Assembly: GCA_043228905.1 (NCBI GenBank)
Contig: JBHGNT010000022.1
Coordinates: 12,338,001 to 12,402,000 of the forward strand
Direction: 5' to 3'
DNA from: Azolla caroliniana
Taxonomy: Eukaryota; Plantae; Polypodiophyta
DNA: 64,000 nucleotides
Within the stretch, counting starts at the first letter, position 1; each line of letters opens with the position of its first letter. Positions 11,601 through 24,620 of the stretch are shown here, in pieces. The position numbers were made by a program, and so were the translations under genes. The notes beneath the pieces were generated by a model, which was given only the letters and a program-made list of their open reading frames with translations, did not search any database and was not told the origin of the DNA.

Positions 11601-14560
11601 ATATAAACTACTCAAGGAGGCAAGGGGAAATGAAGGAAGCAACAAATCAATCAATCAAGGAGTGAAGCGAAGTAGGCACTAACAATAGGTGTAAAAGTAT
11701 GAAGTGAAGAGGAGGAGGAAGAAGATAGTGATCAAAGAGAAAAAGAAGGGTTTCCCACGCAAGGAAAACGAAGTGAGGTCACAACAAAAGAAAAGAAAGG
11801 GGAACATCTTATTGCAAGAGCCGTTACCCATCAAGTGTCAATCAAGAGTTCAAATCTTTCTCTGTACACATATACGAGAAGTAGAAAATGAGGGGAGGTC
11901 ATAACAAAACAAAAGAAAGAGGAACACCTTATTGCAAGAGCCTTTACCCATCAAGTGTAAATCAAGAGTTCAAATCTTTCTATGTACATATATACAAGAA
12001 GTGTAAGTTAAGTCATTTAACATTCTTGAGACAATCCAAGTGTTATTGTTTAAATAGTGTAAATTGATATATTCAAGTAATAAAAGTGTTTCCTTTTACT
12101 TCATCTTTGAAGACAATCTTTTATGCATAATCCCATGTTTTTTCCACAACCATCTAGTTACTTCTATGATCTCCCCTTAAATAAAATATTGGCAGTTTGA
12201 TGTGAGGACCACAATCTATGCGACATTGTTGAGATATAAGAATCAGGTTTGCGATAACAATTGAAGGAATGATGTCAACATATAGAGGGTGCATAGGAGG
12301 CCTACAACAACAAAGCTACGGGGCCATCAATCATAGACTTGATATGCGAAAACTCAAGGATCTCCCCCCAACACTCTTTTTCAAATTTATATATTTCATC
12401 ATCCTAATCTCTCTCTCTCAATACCCCATGTAACAGGGTTAATCGTTGTAAAAACACTTGATCATATCTTAGTGCTAAGCCCTTTTGAATTGATTGTAAT
12501 TGTCTAAAATGTTTCCATCTTTATGTATTTGGGAAAAGAATTGCAATTGTACTTCTTTTGATTTACGATCGAACAAGGATTGCCAAGGAGCAGAAGAAAT
12601 TATACATATCTCCAATGCTTGCTTTTGTGGAAGGATTATCCATTGTCCTGCCCATCACCCCTCGATGCCCAAGTTTGTATGGCAATTTCCATTGTTAGAA
12701 ATCTTCACAAACATGCTCCTCCTCCAAGTCAATGTTGTAGTAGGAGATGAGTGCCGACGAAGGAGAGTAACTGTATGGTTGAGAGGTCATAGAGATATTG
12801 TAACGGATAGAGAGAGTGTACGATTGTAAGGTGTCATCCACACTAACAATTGGATATCGAGATATATAAATGAGGATTTCCCAATCTACTTGATCTCAAG
12901 GTCATCCACATTAACCATTGGATATGATGATGGCCCTTTGTTTTGAACCATTGCTCATCTCTTTCATTCTTATCCAAACTCTCTTTTTAACTTTTTATTT
13001 GCGTTGCTACTCTCTCTAGTTCTCACACCATTGTTCTAGGGTTGTGCCTAGGTTCTTCTCATGCTTGACAATTGTCCATTTTATCATCTTGCTCTATGTT
13101 GATGTGTGTCTACTCACTTGCCCAACTCCATTGGCTCATGTTTCCTTGCTCTTTTGATTCTACACACGATCTCAACCATCCAAACATTTGCCAACCTATC
13201 TTTTCGTTCCCTCATAACTTCTCCACACGCTTTTCATGCACCTTCACCAACATCCATAACAATGGACAATTTCCCTTATTCTTTGTCCTCAAACTTTCTG
13301 GATCTACTAATAATGAGGGGTGTCCACTCATTTGCTTCCTTATATGATAGGTCACATGGCCCATCCAATTGAGTTTACATGGTCGGGTTCCCTAACATGG
13401 GTGAGTTTCTCGACATGGGTCTAATTCCCGAATTTCTTCTAGTTGCCAAATGCGGTATGGTTCCATACCCTCGCTCAAGTGCAACCCACCATTAGTGTTT
13501 TCCCGAATGTTTGGCATAATAGAGATTTGGCCCATCAGTATTCTACTTCTAAATTGGCTTACATTGGATACTTCTTCTCCTTGTTGAAGACTACATTGCT
13601 GAATCCTAATCATTGTCCATAATATTGGGTCCCATTGTGTATGCCTAAACCTCTCATTAGGCTTATTATCACGATGTGGTGTGTGAGAAGGGGGAAAACA
13701 CAAAAGAGATCAAGTTTAAAAAAATCTTGAGACCCATCAAAAGCAAAAATTGTTGCATAGTAGTAGAAAAGGTAATGGCGCATGAAAATAATAGATTTTT
13801 TTATGTTTATGTTACAAGGGAGCTCTTGAAAGCTATAAGATGTGTAGATAGCTCATCACCAGTTGGCAGGTTTTGAGATTTGAGTGCTTACAAGGCTTTG
13901 GTGATAAATCAAACACAATAATGTATCAAATCAAGAGGGCCCATGACAGGCTTGACAACGAGAAGACGACATTGTTGTTGATTGTGGATTTGTCATGCCA
14001 AATCAAGGATATAGCCCAACTCATTTCTTTCATATCTCGCTTTTCGCCCTATGTATTAGGCATAAATCTTGAATTATTTTGCATATGTCCATATAATTTT
14101 ACTTGTAATATGCGAGCTTTACAACTACTCTCTTCCTTATTTATCTACTTCAACCAAACTTTAAGCTCAAGTTGTTTACACTTGCCTCCCCTACTGAGGC
14201 TTGATAAAAGGGAAACACCATTGTAAATCTGATCCTCAAGAGAACATGTTGAAGACCAAAGTAAGCTATGCGTTGAAATGCTACTCAAAATCGAATTTAT
14301 CCATTTGTCCCCTATTTGATTCCATGTAAACGCGAGAGTAGTCCTCGTGAGGCTCTCCACAAGGCAAACCAATATTTTCTTTTACGAAACCTATGGAGCC
14401 ATTTCGTGATGAAGATCTAGAGCGGGCCACTTGTCGACCCATCAATGGAAATCATGTCTCTTGAGCAACTCGACATGAGGCAGACTCGATAGAAATGGTG
14501 GAGTTGTTGCCAGGGAACCCGTTGTAAAAGCTCTCCTAGAGAGAATGACATCTCTCAAGC
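8700..14560. mobile_element. Highly decayed retroelement-derived region (probable gypsy/LINE remnants, possible solo-LTR at ~10946-11529)
   Basis: No long ORFs. TGTCACGG...GTTGTGACA bracket containing a TATA-like TATTTATAC. ~185-bp (11071-11445) and ~120-bp (11770-12000) tandem duplications. No matching TSD found. Confidence 0.3.
11412..11497 (+). mobile_element. tRNA-derived SINE-like head
   Basis: GTAGCACTCAATTGGTAAGG (A-box-like) ... GGTCATGGGTTCAACCC (B-box-like) then TTACATTCCATAGTGGTATCTA. Matches the minus-strand head at 52036-52105. Confidence 0.55.
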
Positions 14561-14749
14561 CCTCTTACCATACTCATTTTTCTTTTTTTTATCGGCATAC
14601 TGGATGGTGAAGGTGTTTTACGAGAAAGCAATCTTGTGTGTATGTGTTACGCGCACGTGCCTCCCATTCTTTTGAGTGTCGAGATGATGACTTCGGATAA
14701 CTCTGTGATGATAACACAAGGAAGCATGATCTTCTCTTCTGAAAGAAGA

Positions 14750-15182
14750 CAAAAGGAAGGCTAGTTTTGTAATTGATTGAAATTAAACATGTTGTAAACA
14801 ATGAACACACACACACACAAGGAAGAAAGAAGAAGAAGAAGTGAGAACAAAAGGAAGGCTAGTTTTGTAATTAACGAAATTAAACACACACATAGGGAAG
14901 AAAGAAGAAGAAGAATTGGGAACAAAAGGAAGGCTAGTTTTGTAATTATAGAAATTAAACACACACACATTGGGAAGAAAGAAGAAGAAGAATTGAGAAC
15001 AAAAGGAAGGCTAGTTTTGTAATTATAGAAATTAAACACACACATAAAGGGAAGAAAGAAGAAGAAGAAGTGAGAACAAAAGGAAGGCTAGTTTTGTAAT
15101 TATAGAAATTAAACACACACACACACACACACACACAGAAGAAAGAAGAAGACGAAGAAGAAGAAGATGAAGTGAGAACAAA
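14750..15182. repeat. Tandem array of 5 units of ~75-100 bp upstream of the zinc-knuckle/KH gene
   Basis: Unit AAAAGGAAGGCTAGTTTTGTAATTATAGAAATTAAA-(CA)n-..GGAAGAAA(GAA)n-GTGAGAAC, starting near 14750, 14849, 14924, 15001 and 15078. Confidence 0.95.
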
Positions 15183-16391
15183 TTTGGATGAAATTAGGGT
15201 TACAGGCAAATCAGTCCCTGTGGTTTCTTGGCGTGGTTCTCTGCTCACGTCTGTCTTCTTCTTCGCCCCAAGCTTCAGATCTCCTTCCAACCACACGAGG
15301 TTTCCTCTCTCTTCTTCGTACTTGTTTTTTTGTTTTTTTTCTTCTTCTTCTGTTCTATGTTGTTTTCTTTCTTTGGTAAAGTTCCTTTCTTTCTGCCTCC
15401 CAATTCGCATGGTTTTCTAACAGTTCGTAGTTTTCTGTGGATCTTGTAAATAGATCCGATCTTCTTCTGTTTGCCTTCCTGGGCTGCCAATGTTTATATT
15501 TTTTGCTGAATCTTCTAGGATTTACTGAATCTTTTAGGGTAAACTGAAGCTTCTAGGGTTTACTGAAGTTTCAAGAGCCTATGGTTTTTTAGGGTTTACT
15601 GATGCATTGTAGCATGTACGTGATGTATTACAGTACCCCAAGTTTCCGGAGTAGCAATGGAAGTTGATTTTGAAAAGAGCAAAGTTGTTTCCAATAATTT
15701 CAAAAGTAATTCGAAATCTCCGTGTAGGCTAAAATTTTGTATCAAATCGGCAGCAACAATTGTTGCTGGATGTATAGCAAAGGAATATAATTGGAAAGAA
15801 ATTTATAAAGTTACAGATTTGGCTTCCGTAAATCTTGCGCTATTAGTATATTTATTCTGCTATAAACTTATTTGGCTAAAATCCGATATGAACTTGTGGT
15901 ATTATCTCATAATGACCTATTGCTTCTTGCATGAAAAGGAAACTTGGGGTGATCACTAAAGCAAAGTATCCCAAACATTGGATGTTGATGCATTCTTGAG
16001 TATATAGAGAAGGCTTGTTTCTAGTTAGAGATTTATTGATGTTTTCCTTAGTAAATTCATGTACCTCCATGAAAGCAAGCCTTATTGCTTTGTGGTTCAG
16101 GTTTGCAATCAATTATTGGACTTGAGGCTGCTAACCTTAGGAAGGTTAAATTAAGGTAAGTAAACAGCTATGATTGATGGGAGGTCACATTGATTGATTT
16201 TTCAAACGAATCATTACCATCTTGGGTAACATCCTCTTGATTGTTCTATAAAAACACTTTGACAGAAATTTGGTGAAAAGTAGTGAGGAACTGGCCTATT
16301 ACTTCTTCGGTGATTCCTATACACCCCCAAATCACAAATATTTGTGTAAGTTAAAGAGCCAAGCACTCTGTGCTAAACCTTTTTGTCATCA
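15183..16391 (+). promoter_or_regulatory. Probable core promoter / intron-containing 5' leader of the zinc-knuckle/KH gene
   Basis: Telo-box-like TTAGGGTT (15194-15201), repeated TAGGGT(T/A)(T/A)ACTGA at ~15515-15605, CT-rich Y-patch. Candidate non-coding exon 16101-16155 (TTCAG|...AAG|GTAAGT) and acceptor TTGACAG at 16265. Confidence 0.5.
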
Positions 16392-18645
16392 ATGGGTGAG
16401 CCTAAGGATGATGAAAGAGATGAGGAATGGTTTAAGGAGGTTTATGGGCAAGGGTATACGGGTCCTATACGGTCGACCAACGAAATCTCTCATGATAAAT
16501 CTAGTGTAAAAAAGAGGTCCATGACAGAGGCAAGTGATGAGGATGAATCCCCTCCTGATCCTAATGCAGTCCCTACTGATTTCACAAGTAGGGAAGCTAA
16601 AGTGTGGGAGTCCAAAGCCAAAGCTATAGAAAGAAATTGGAAGAAAAAGAAAGAAGAGGAGCTCATTTGCCGCATATGCGGCGAGTATGGTCATTTTTCT
16701 CAGGTATGTTTGTGTTGAAAATCTCCAGGTAATCACTGCACTCCAAACTACTTACTTGTGCTTGCTTTCAAAGTACTAGGTTCCTGAGAACTGTTTGAAA
16801 GGGCTTATACAGAGGTTCATGTCAGATGTTGGAAGTAGTATTGCTGAGTGCTTGGAAACTTACAACGATCTTTATTGTATAAATGGGAAGATGGATCATT
16901 CAATCTAAAATAATTCAATCTATGACCGTTGTCATGTAATGAAACTATATTTACTGAATATGCAACACAGCCATATTTTTCAGTGGCTCTGTAAAGTTCT
17001 GGGATTGGAAATGCTTCTGGAGCTATACTTTACCTGATTATTCTATGTGGGCTGTTTGGAGGTAGACATAACTCAGCATCATTATATGCTGGCACTGAGT
17101 GGGCAATTATCCATCATTATTGCAGTCGTAACTTAAGAGTTATTAGCTATACGGTGCTATTTTCTTGTCATTTTTGCCATCATTAAAAAAATTGGGACAT
17201 GTATTCATATTTCCAGCATTATGATATTGTCATAATGTTCTCACATCTAGTGCATCCTCTATGGATTCTTTCATTTCATTTCTTTCATTTACTATTTAAT
17301 CTTCTTTCTGATCATGTCATTTGTTTATGTACAGGGATGCCCATCCACCTTGGGTGCAAATCTCAAGCAGCAAAGAGAGATAGTGGAAAAGATTCCGGTG
17401 AAAGACAAGAGGTTAAAACCAAGAATAATTGGAACAGGTGGTTCAGTAATACAGGGTATAGAAAAGGATACAGGATGCCGACTAAAGCTAGAGGACAATT
17501 TAGCATCTGGAAGTGCCTCTTTTTTCGTCCGAATTTCGGGCAGCAGCCGAAGTATGGTTGGAAAAGCTGTAGACGCTGTGAAGAAATTACTTGATCAAGT
17601 GCAACATGAAAGGAAGCCACAAAGCTCACAACGGTCACATGGTTCCCATAACCGCGGGTCTAGCATGAATTCAGTGGGTAGTGTGCAAATTCAACACATG
17701 CCTAACCAACCATCACGTCATGAACAGTCATATCCTGGTCAAGATCTTCCTTATTATGGAGATGGTCAGTATGGGGGCATGGAGCAGATGAATCAAGTTG
17801 ATTCAAGGCGTCAATGGGAGGGTGGGAATCAGAATGGTTCCTTTGCCATGACATCATATGGGCATAAAGGAGGTACTTCTGCTTCTCCTTCAAATTTTGT
17901 TAAAAGTTGTCTTATGGTTGACACTATTGTATGGTTTGCACTTCTAGATAGAACAAGTTCTGAACTGCAAGTATTATGAATGTCATAGGGGAAGATCATG
18001 TTGCTGAGGTGGATGTGGGGTACACGGATCAGCAACCCATAACCTCAACCATTGAAACCCTTGAACACAAATTTGTACAAGAGACAATGCAACTAACCAA
18101 GGAGCTGAATGATGCTGAAGACAAGGAAAATGCGAGGCATCGAGAGGTTTGAGAAAAATAAAATAGTTATCAATTTAAAGCGTTTTTAGGAAATAAAAGA
18201 TGCATCTGAATGTTTTCAGCTTATGCAATATTCTCTTTTAACTTGTTTTTAGGCCATGAGAGAAATCCAAGAGCAGTATCAGCAAAAGATGGTAACGCTT
18301 AGGTCGCAGCAAGGAAAACGTCGGGAAGAGTTTTTGAGGCAAGACGCACATTTTAGGCAGCAAAAATACCAGCAATATCCGCCAAATGCTCCTCCACAAT
18401 CTGGGCCGAAATATTATGATTATGATTCATCAGGTGGCTTTGGTAATAATAACCGTGACAAACTTGGCTATGGAAACTTGGTAGACAGGAATGATGGAGT
18501 CATTACCACAGGAGGTAGTTATGATTCTTATAGAGGTGAAGGGGGTTATCATAACTCTTCACGGTCATATAGGAGCTCAGGTTATGATGCCCCTGTGACT
18601 CATTCCAGAAGTCAAGGTTATGATGCAGGGCAATACCGTTACTGA
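16392..18645 (+). CDS. CCHC zinc-knuckle + KH-domain RNA-binding protein (Arabidopsis AT3G62330-like), 4 coding exons
   Basis: Exons 16392-16703, 17335-17872, 17989-18146, 18253-18645, all GT-AG and frame-consistent. Motifs DPNAVPTDFTSREAKVWESK, CRICGEYGHFSQ|GC (CX2CX4HX4C), IIGTGGSVIQGIEKDTGC (KH GxxG), coiled-coil EDKENARHRE|AMREIQEQY, and a Tyr/Gly/Ser-rich tail. Confidence 0.9.
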
Positions 18646-21600
18646 AGCCATCCGTGTATGTATATTTCTTTTGTTTTGCTTCTTTTGATATTTTCTACTT
18701 AGGAGATTGCTATTGTAGGCACAACTTGCGCATGATCTTTCAGATTGTTTTTTAGTTTAGATAACAAGTTTATTGTTCAATATTTTCTTTCTTTTTTTAA
18801 CATTCTCTTTGATTGTTCACGTTCTTGGAAAAAAGACAAATATTAGTTGTGGTTGCATAGATGTTGGAGAAAGAGTCCTTGAGAGTACATCTCAAATGTT
18901 ATTGGTCTAATTTTCCCTTTGTATTGCACATTAATGGTGCTATTGATCGAGCAAATGTGTCCAACATCAAATGAGCATTCTATATGCATATAAATATGTT
19001 GGTATATGGTTTTTGTTAATGCATGAATTTATCAGATTGTTATATATCGGAAATTTTCCCTGTTTAGATTTTTCAGGACAAGCTCCTTGTTTTTTGATAT
19101 ATTTTTTAAGGTTATCCTATTAAAGAAAGAAATGAGAATTGCAATTAAAAGAAAGGGATCTGAGTGTGTTAGGTTGATCAGTGACAAGCTTTTGTGGTTG
19201 GAACCATTAATAATTTTTCATTTTAGTGTAGTTTCAGATGCCTCATTGACTCTATTTCTATTATTATGTGATATATTAGTATCATCCAACGTAAAAAAAA
19301 TGACATGAAGATTCTTTTTTTGAAGCCAAACTTGATATATTTCATGGGAGTTGTAGTTGATGCTAGTGTACCATGAAAGTTTAATGGCAAAAAATTCTTG
19401 AATTCCCCTCCTATGGACTTCTTTCTCTATTGTATTACATTTTCCAAAACCTATGGAAATATTGTTATTTTCATTGAGATATTTTAAGGTGTTTTAGGTT
19501 AGGATTCAACTTAGTTATTCATTGGTATTATTAATGTTTGTGAGTGCTTATCAATGGTATGTTTCAATTTTCTTTTTTTCCTTGTCTTCATGAGTTTCGT
19601 TGTTTCTAGCATAGACATTAACCCTTTCTAATGCCAAGAAAGTGAAGCCACTTAAACAAGAAGTGAACACCATTGCCAACACTACCATAACATAAATGGT
19701 CACCACTTGAACAATAAACTCATTTGAGTGTTTCGTCGGCCACACCATTACAATAGGCCTTTGAAGCTAATGAAGTACGAGATACAACCCTTTGAATAGT
19801 AAAGCTATTTACTTTTTATAATGTTTCTCAAGACAATTCTCTCTCAAAGCATTGAAAAAGGCATTAAAAAAGATATCAATACAAATGTAGTAATGATGGT
19901 TTTTGTTGCATGAAGATGATGTGATATTTTTTGCAAATACTTCATGAGATGCACAAAAGTTTACGAGGCATTGGAAGAGTTTCATATATACACAAAGTTG
20001 AGTGTGTACGATAATGACTCATGAGCCACTTAAAATTGTGGAAAACTTTAAATGCCTTGACCTTGAGGCTCCCTCAAATCATAGATGGATTGAATGTGCT
20101 ACTCGCCTAAATATAGGAAAGAGTATACTTGAAAACACATGAAATCACGGAGAAATTAGTGTTACGTCATCATGAAATGCTTTTATGACATGGGTAGCGA
20201 GTAAAAAGATCCAAAAGACACATAAAAGCAAAATTTGTGTTCCAGCTGGATAGTTGGATGTAAGTATAAAAAAATGGTTTGGAATATGGGATGTAATACT
20301 CTTGCTTCATGATGTATCACTAGATTCCATTGTAAATGAGGCCATTTTGGTACGCCAATCTATCATCACATGGGGAAAATGTGGAGGCTCACGCTTCACA
20401 CATTATACTACATATGTTGCACCTAACTACAAAACCATATACTTTGCTAAACAATGAAACCATATACATCAATACATGTTAGAGCCCATCCCATTGTCTA
20501 CCATCCGAACCAATGCTTCCATTCAACTTAGTTCACACACATTGCAACGTGAGGCATGTCGTTGGGTAGAAGTAATAAGAGTAGTCGACTATGCGTACTT
20601 TGCTTGAAATAAGTTTGGAAGTCTAAATATTATTCTTTGATACAATGTTATGCCTTTGATCATATTCGACTATTCTTTGCACACATCTTTGACTAAACCC
20701 AATCCTTGCACAAATTTCTCCCACAGTCACAATGTGCACTCTTGATTGCAACATTCATTGGTGGAAAATTCTTGAACATCAAGAGTCACTACTCACTTTC
20801 ACATGTATTGCATGAAATGTAATATTTTTGGTATTATTTTTTGGTCCTATTTGACCTCCAAAGTTGATAATAGAATCTATCTATTTATCTATCTATCTCT
20901 CTACACAAGAATACATGTTAGAGAACATCTTGTTGTTTAGAATCCAAACTATTGCGTCCAACAACTTAGTTCGCATTTACTTTGATGTGATATGGGGCCG
21001 TGGGTGATAAGGCTAGTCAACGATGTAACTTTTGCTCTATATTACACTTTGATACACTCCTTTTCTTCCTTGGATCATAGTTGATATTGCTTTTCATGAA
21101 GTTTTTACCAAAGCTTTCAACGATAGATGGCATTGGTGTGCACCAAGAGTATCAATTCTTGCCCATTGACTAACCAAGCTTTCCATCGGTCATTTGCTTT
21201 AAATATTGAAAAGGGACTACACAGATAGGCAAATTAGATGGTGCTTGATTCTCAAAGTTTTGTCTTTTTCCACTTACAAATATGTACTTACAAACATACA
21301 TATATTAAAACACATTATCATTTGAACTTGATTACATTGCATTCTCTAAAACAATATGCAATGCTATAGAAATGACAATTGCATTGAGATCTTTTGAGGT
21401 ATTGAAGGATATAGTAATTTTCATGAATTTTTTGATAAGATGGAAAGAGGTTCTCATGTTCAATGTGTACTCATCAATGATGCGCACATGCACATAATTT
21501 TACCATAGCAATTGTCATTTATTGATGAATGTTTCAACATGTTCTCTTCAATGGTGTGCACATGGACCTTCACACTGTAGGCATCACCCTCAAACACTTA

Positions 21601-23451
21601 TGAATATCTTTAGAGACTTTTGTATATTGAAAGAAAAATATCTACTTCAATGAAACCACCACACTCGTGACATCCATCCTCTCTTTCACAGACATTTTTC
21701 TAAGTGATATCTAGGAATGTGAACTTTAGCTCAAAGCATTAGTTGATTCTTGATGGCATTCGTATGCATACGCTTTTATGGGAGGAGCATATGTAAGCAC
21801 AAATGGGCGTATTGGATGTTTTGGTAAAGGTATGTTTATGAAACAACGTATGCAATCCTAGTATCACATGGAAGAAGAGTATAAAAATACAAGTGAATAA
21901 TCAAAGGTATATACAAGAATGTGAATATTCAAGGAAAATCGTTATGTAAAGAACCAACTAAGCATTAGCATGTTTTTTGCATCGATGGAAATTAATGTCA
22001 TATAAAGCTTTATAAAAAGAAATAGTATCAAGATTACTTATAACATCACACAACCTTCACGTTAAAATATTTGCTATCACAATATATATTCACATAAATG
22101 TGCATCCTTGAATCTTTGAATCGCACCAATTTCCAAGAAAGTAAGGGAGCAAAGCCTATTAGCTTATACTTGAACATGGAGTATGACAAAATAATGAGAG
22201 TTTTATGAAACAACATTACAACCAACATTAGCATCATTAGCATTAACGTTTCACTGTCCCCACTATCAATAGAGTGGGATCCAAATACTTTTACAAGGTA
22301 GTTTAACCCAATTATTCTCTTGTAGGGGATTCTTACTTGTTATCTTGAGCAGGAACTCTTGTGACTAAATGTAAGAAAGTGAATAGGGGTACAAACACAT
22401 ACATAAATATATGCACTCACACACACAACCGAGTAACCGCTAAATTTTAAACAACTAGTGTATTTAAGTAATTTCTTACTTTCAAAAACCCTATCTTGCT
22501 AGATAAAATATCAAGTAATGTTCAATTTCTACTAAGCAATTAACCACATCATTTTCTACATTCTAATTCCTTAGTATGTAGTGTTAGTTACTTCCAAATA
22601 TAGTATTCAAACATAATTAAGGAAGGGAATTTTAGTTAAAATGAGGACTTCTTAATACAACTCACCAGAGAGATTTTATTGATGCTGAAGTAATGATTTG
22701 ATGATTTGATGAAAATGATTCGTCGAAGACATGTTTATATACGTATAGCCTAGAGGAAGCCAAAAAACCCACCACATTCTTGTTTGGCATCCCGTCCACC
22801 TTTATGATCTTTTACATTAGTCAATTTGGATGCCCAAATGCTTATTTGTTTCTAAAAGAGGAGGTAAAGGTGGACAGAATGCCAGTGAACAATATGATGA
22901 AAATCTTTTTTGGCAAACTCTAGTCTATGGAGTTGTTGATATGATCATGTGCATGGAGGCACTGCACGCATTGGTAGGCATATGTGTATATGAAAAGAGG
23001 CAAGCCTCACAATGGGAGAGAGAAAGATTGTTAATTGGTGAGGTTGTCCTATAGAAACACCCCAAGGTTACACATCCAACCAACCCCTACATTCGGCATG
23101 AGTGGCATTTGGTGAGTTAGTGTGGTTATTATAATTAGAATGCAATTAGCGAGGTGCAGACCTAGATATTTTGGTGGTAAACAAGAACAAGGTGAAAACT
23201 ATATGCATTGTATAAGAGAAAAGAGAAGGGGAGAGGAAAAGTGTGTGTGAGTGTGTTTTGGAGAGTTCTTTGTGTGATTGTGGATTTATATAAGAAAAAA
23301 ACTCTTGGAACGAAAATTCTTTCAACCAATAAAAAAAGAAAAGAAAAATGGGATGATAATAAAAACGGAAGATGTGTTACCAATTCAAAACAAAAATTGT
23401 CCGTACGAATTGGAATATACTTTGTTATCATTTTTTTGCGTAATGGAAGTG

Positions 23452-23620
23452 TGCTAGTGGTAAGATATTAGGCTATCAACACAAGGTCCTGAGATGCTAA
23501 TCGTGACTTTCACATGCCTGTGTTACACCATATATAACTTCTTCCTAAACTATATGCCCTTGATGGTGTATCGAACCCAAGGTCTCCAAACAATTGTCGC
23601 AACCTTCTTAGCTCTGGCTC
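23452..23620. mobile_element. Degenerate pair of convergent tRNA-like SINE heads
   Basis: Plus strand GCTAGTGGTAAG...AAGGTCCTGAG. Minus strand GGAGACCTTGGGTTCGATACACC (B-box-like). Confidence 0.4.
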
Positions 23621-24262
23621 GATTGACATTGTCTTTATTTGATACTAAAACTAATTGCTATCATATTCAAGAAAATTGCCCAAAATAATATGTTTACTAA
23701 TGGAAATTCAAAATGCACACTCACTCACAATTAACTATATGTTTGTGTGTATATATGTATATGTTTACTATTGGAAATTTCAAATGTACCTTCACTTACA
23801 ATTTACCATGTATGCATGTATACATACATACATACATATATATCAAGCCAAAATCTTATTTTGCTAATGGTGCTTCAAAAGTAAAAGTTGGGCATTGTCT
23901 CTATTGAGATTTAGAAGTTGAATTTGGTAGTTTCACTTGTAAATTAGTAGAAGCTAATTTATGCGCTTAATCTCTGAATTTCACATTACTAGAAGCTTGC
24001 TCAACATTGATAAGATGAATGCAGACACATGTGAAACTATGCATGTAAAGCTTTCTAGAAAAAACTTGCACGCATACGCATATTTTGGCAAATTTCCTTA
24101 TTATATTTATATATCGAACATAAGCAATCTTGTTTTCTGTAGTAAGATTCCTACTTATCATTTTCCGCATAGAAGATGAGATACTGAATATAGTTGTTAA
24201 TGTAGTAACCATGGATTTCACAATAGTTTCAAGTCACTTTTTTCCCACACAAGCCTAATTGC

Positions 24263-24620
24263 TAGCAATCAACGATGGTTCAATTTGGGCTTAACTACTT
24301 TAACTTTGACCAAGCCAAATTGTTTAAGGATTAACTAGTTTTGAATATTTCAAACTTGAACTAATTGAACCCTAAACCAATTAAGTCTTAACTGGTTTAG
24401 CTCAAACAAGTTTTGGGCCCCTTGAATGGAGGGCAATCTTGGGATAATAATAAATATTGTAAATGACTTAACCGGTTTGAGTGAATTAAGCATAGCTCAA
24501 GCCAAACCAAACTGAGCTCAAACCGATTAAGAAAACTTAGGCGTGAACCGAACTGCCAAACCATTTAACAAAGGTCAAAGAACTCGATTAAGGCTTGAGC
24601 TGAATTGTTGGTAACTCCTA
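24263..24620. mobile_element. Degenerate hAT-like MITE (family shared with 46572-46928)
   Basis: TAGCAATC..ATGGTTC start, AACC(A/G)AAC repeats, GGCTTGAGC...CCTA end. Aligns by eye with 46572-46928. Confidence 0.55.

Noticed and set aside
14589-15490. Several 60-150-aa ORFs with repeated YKTSLPFV motifs
   Set aside because: Translation of the tandem array and CT-rich leader, with no coding signature.
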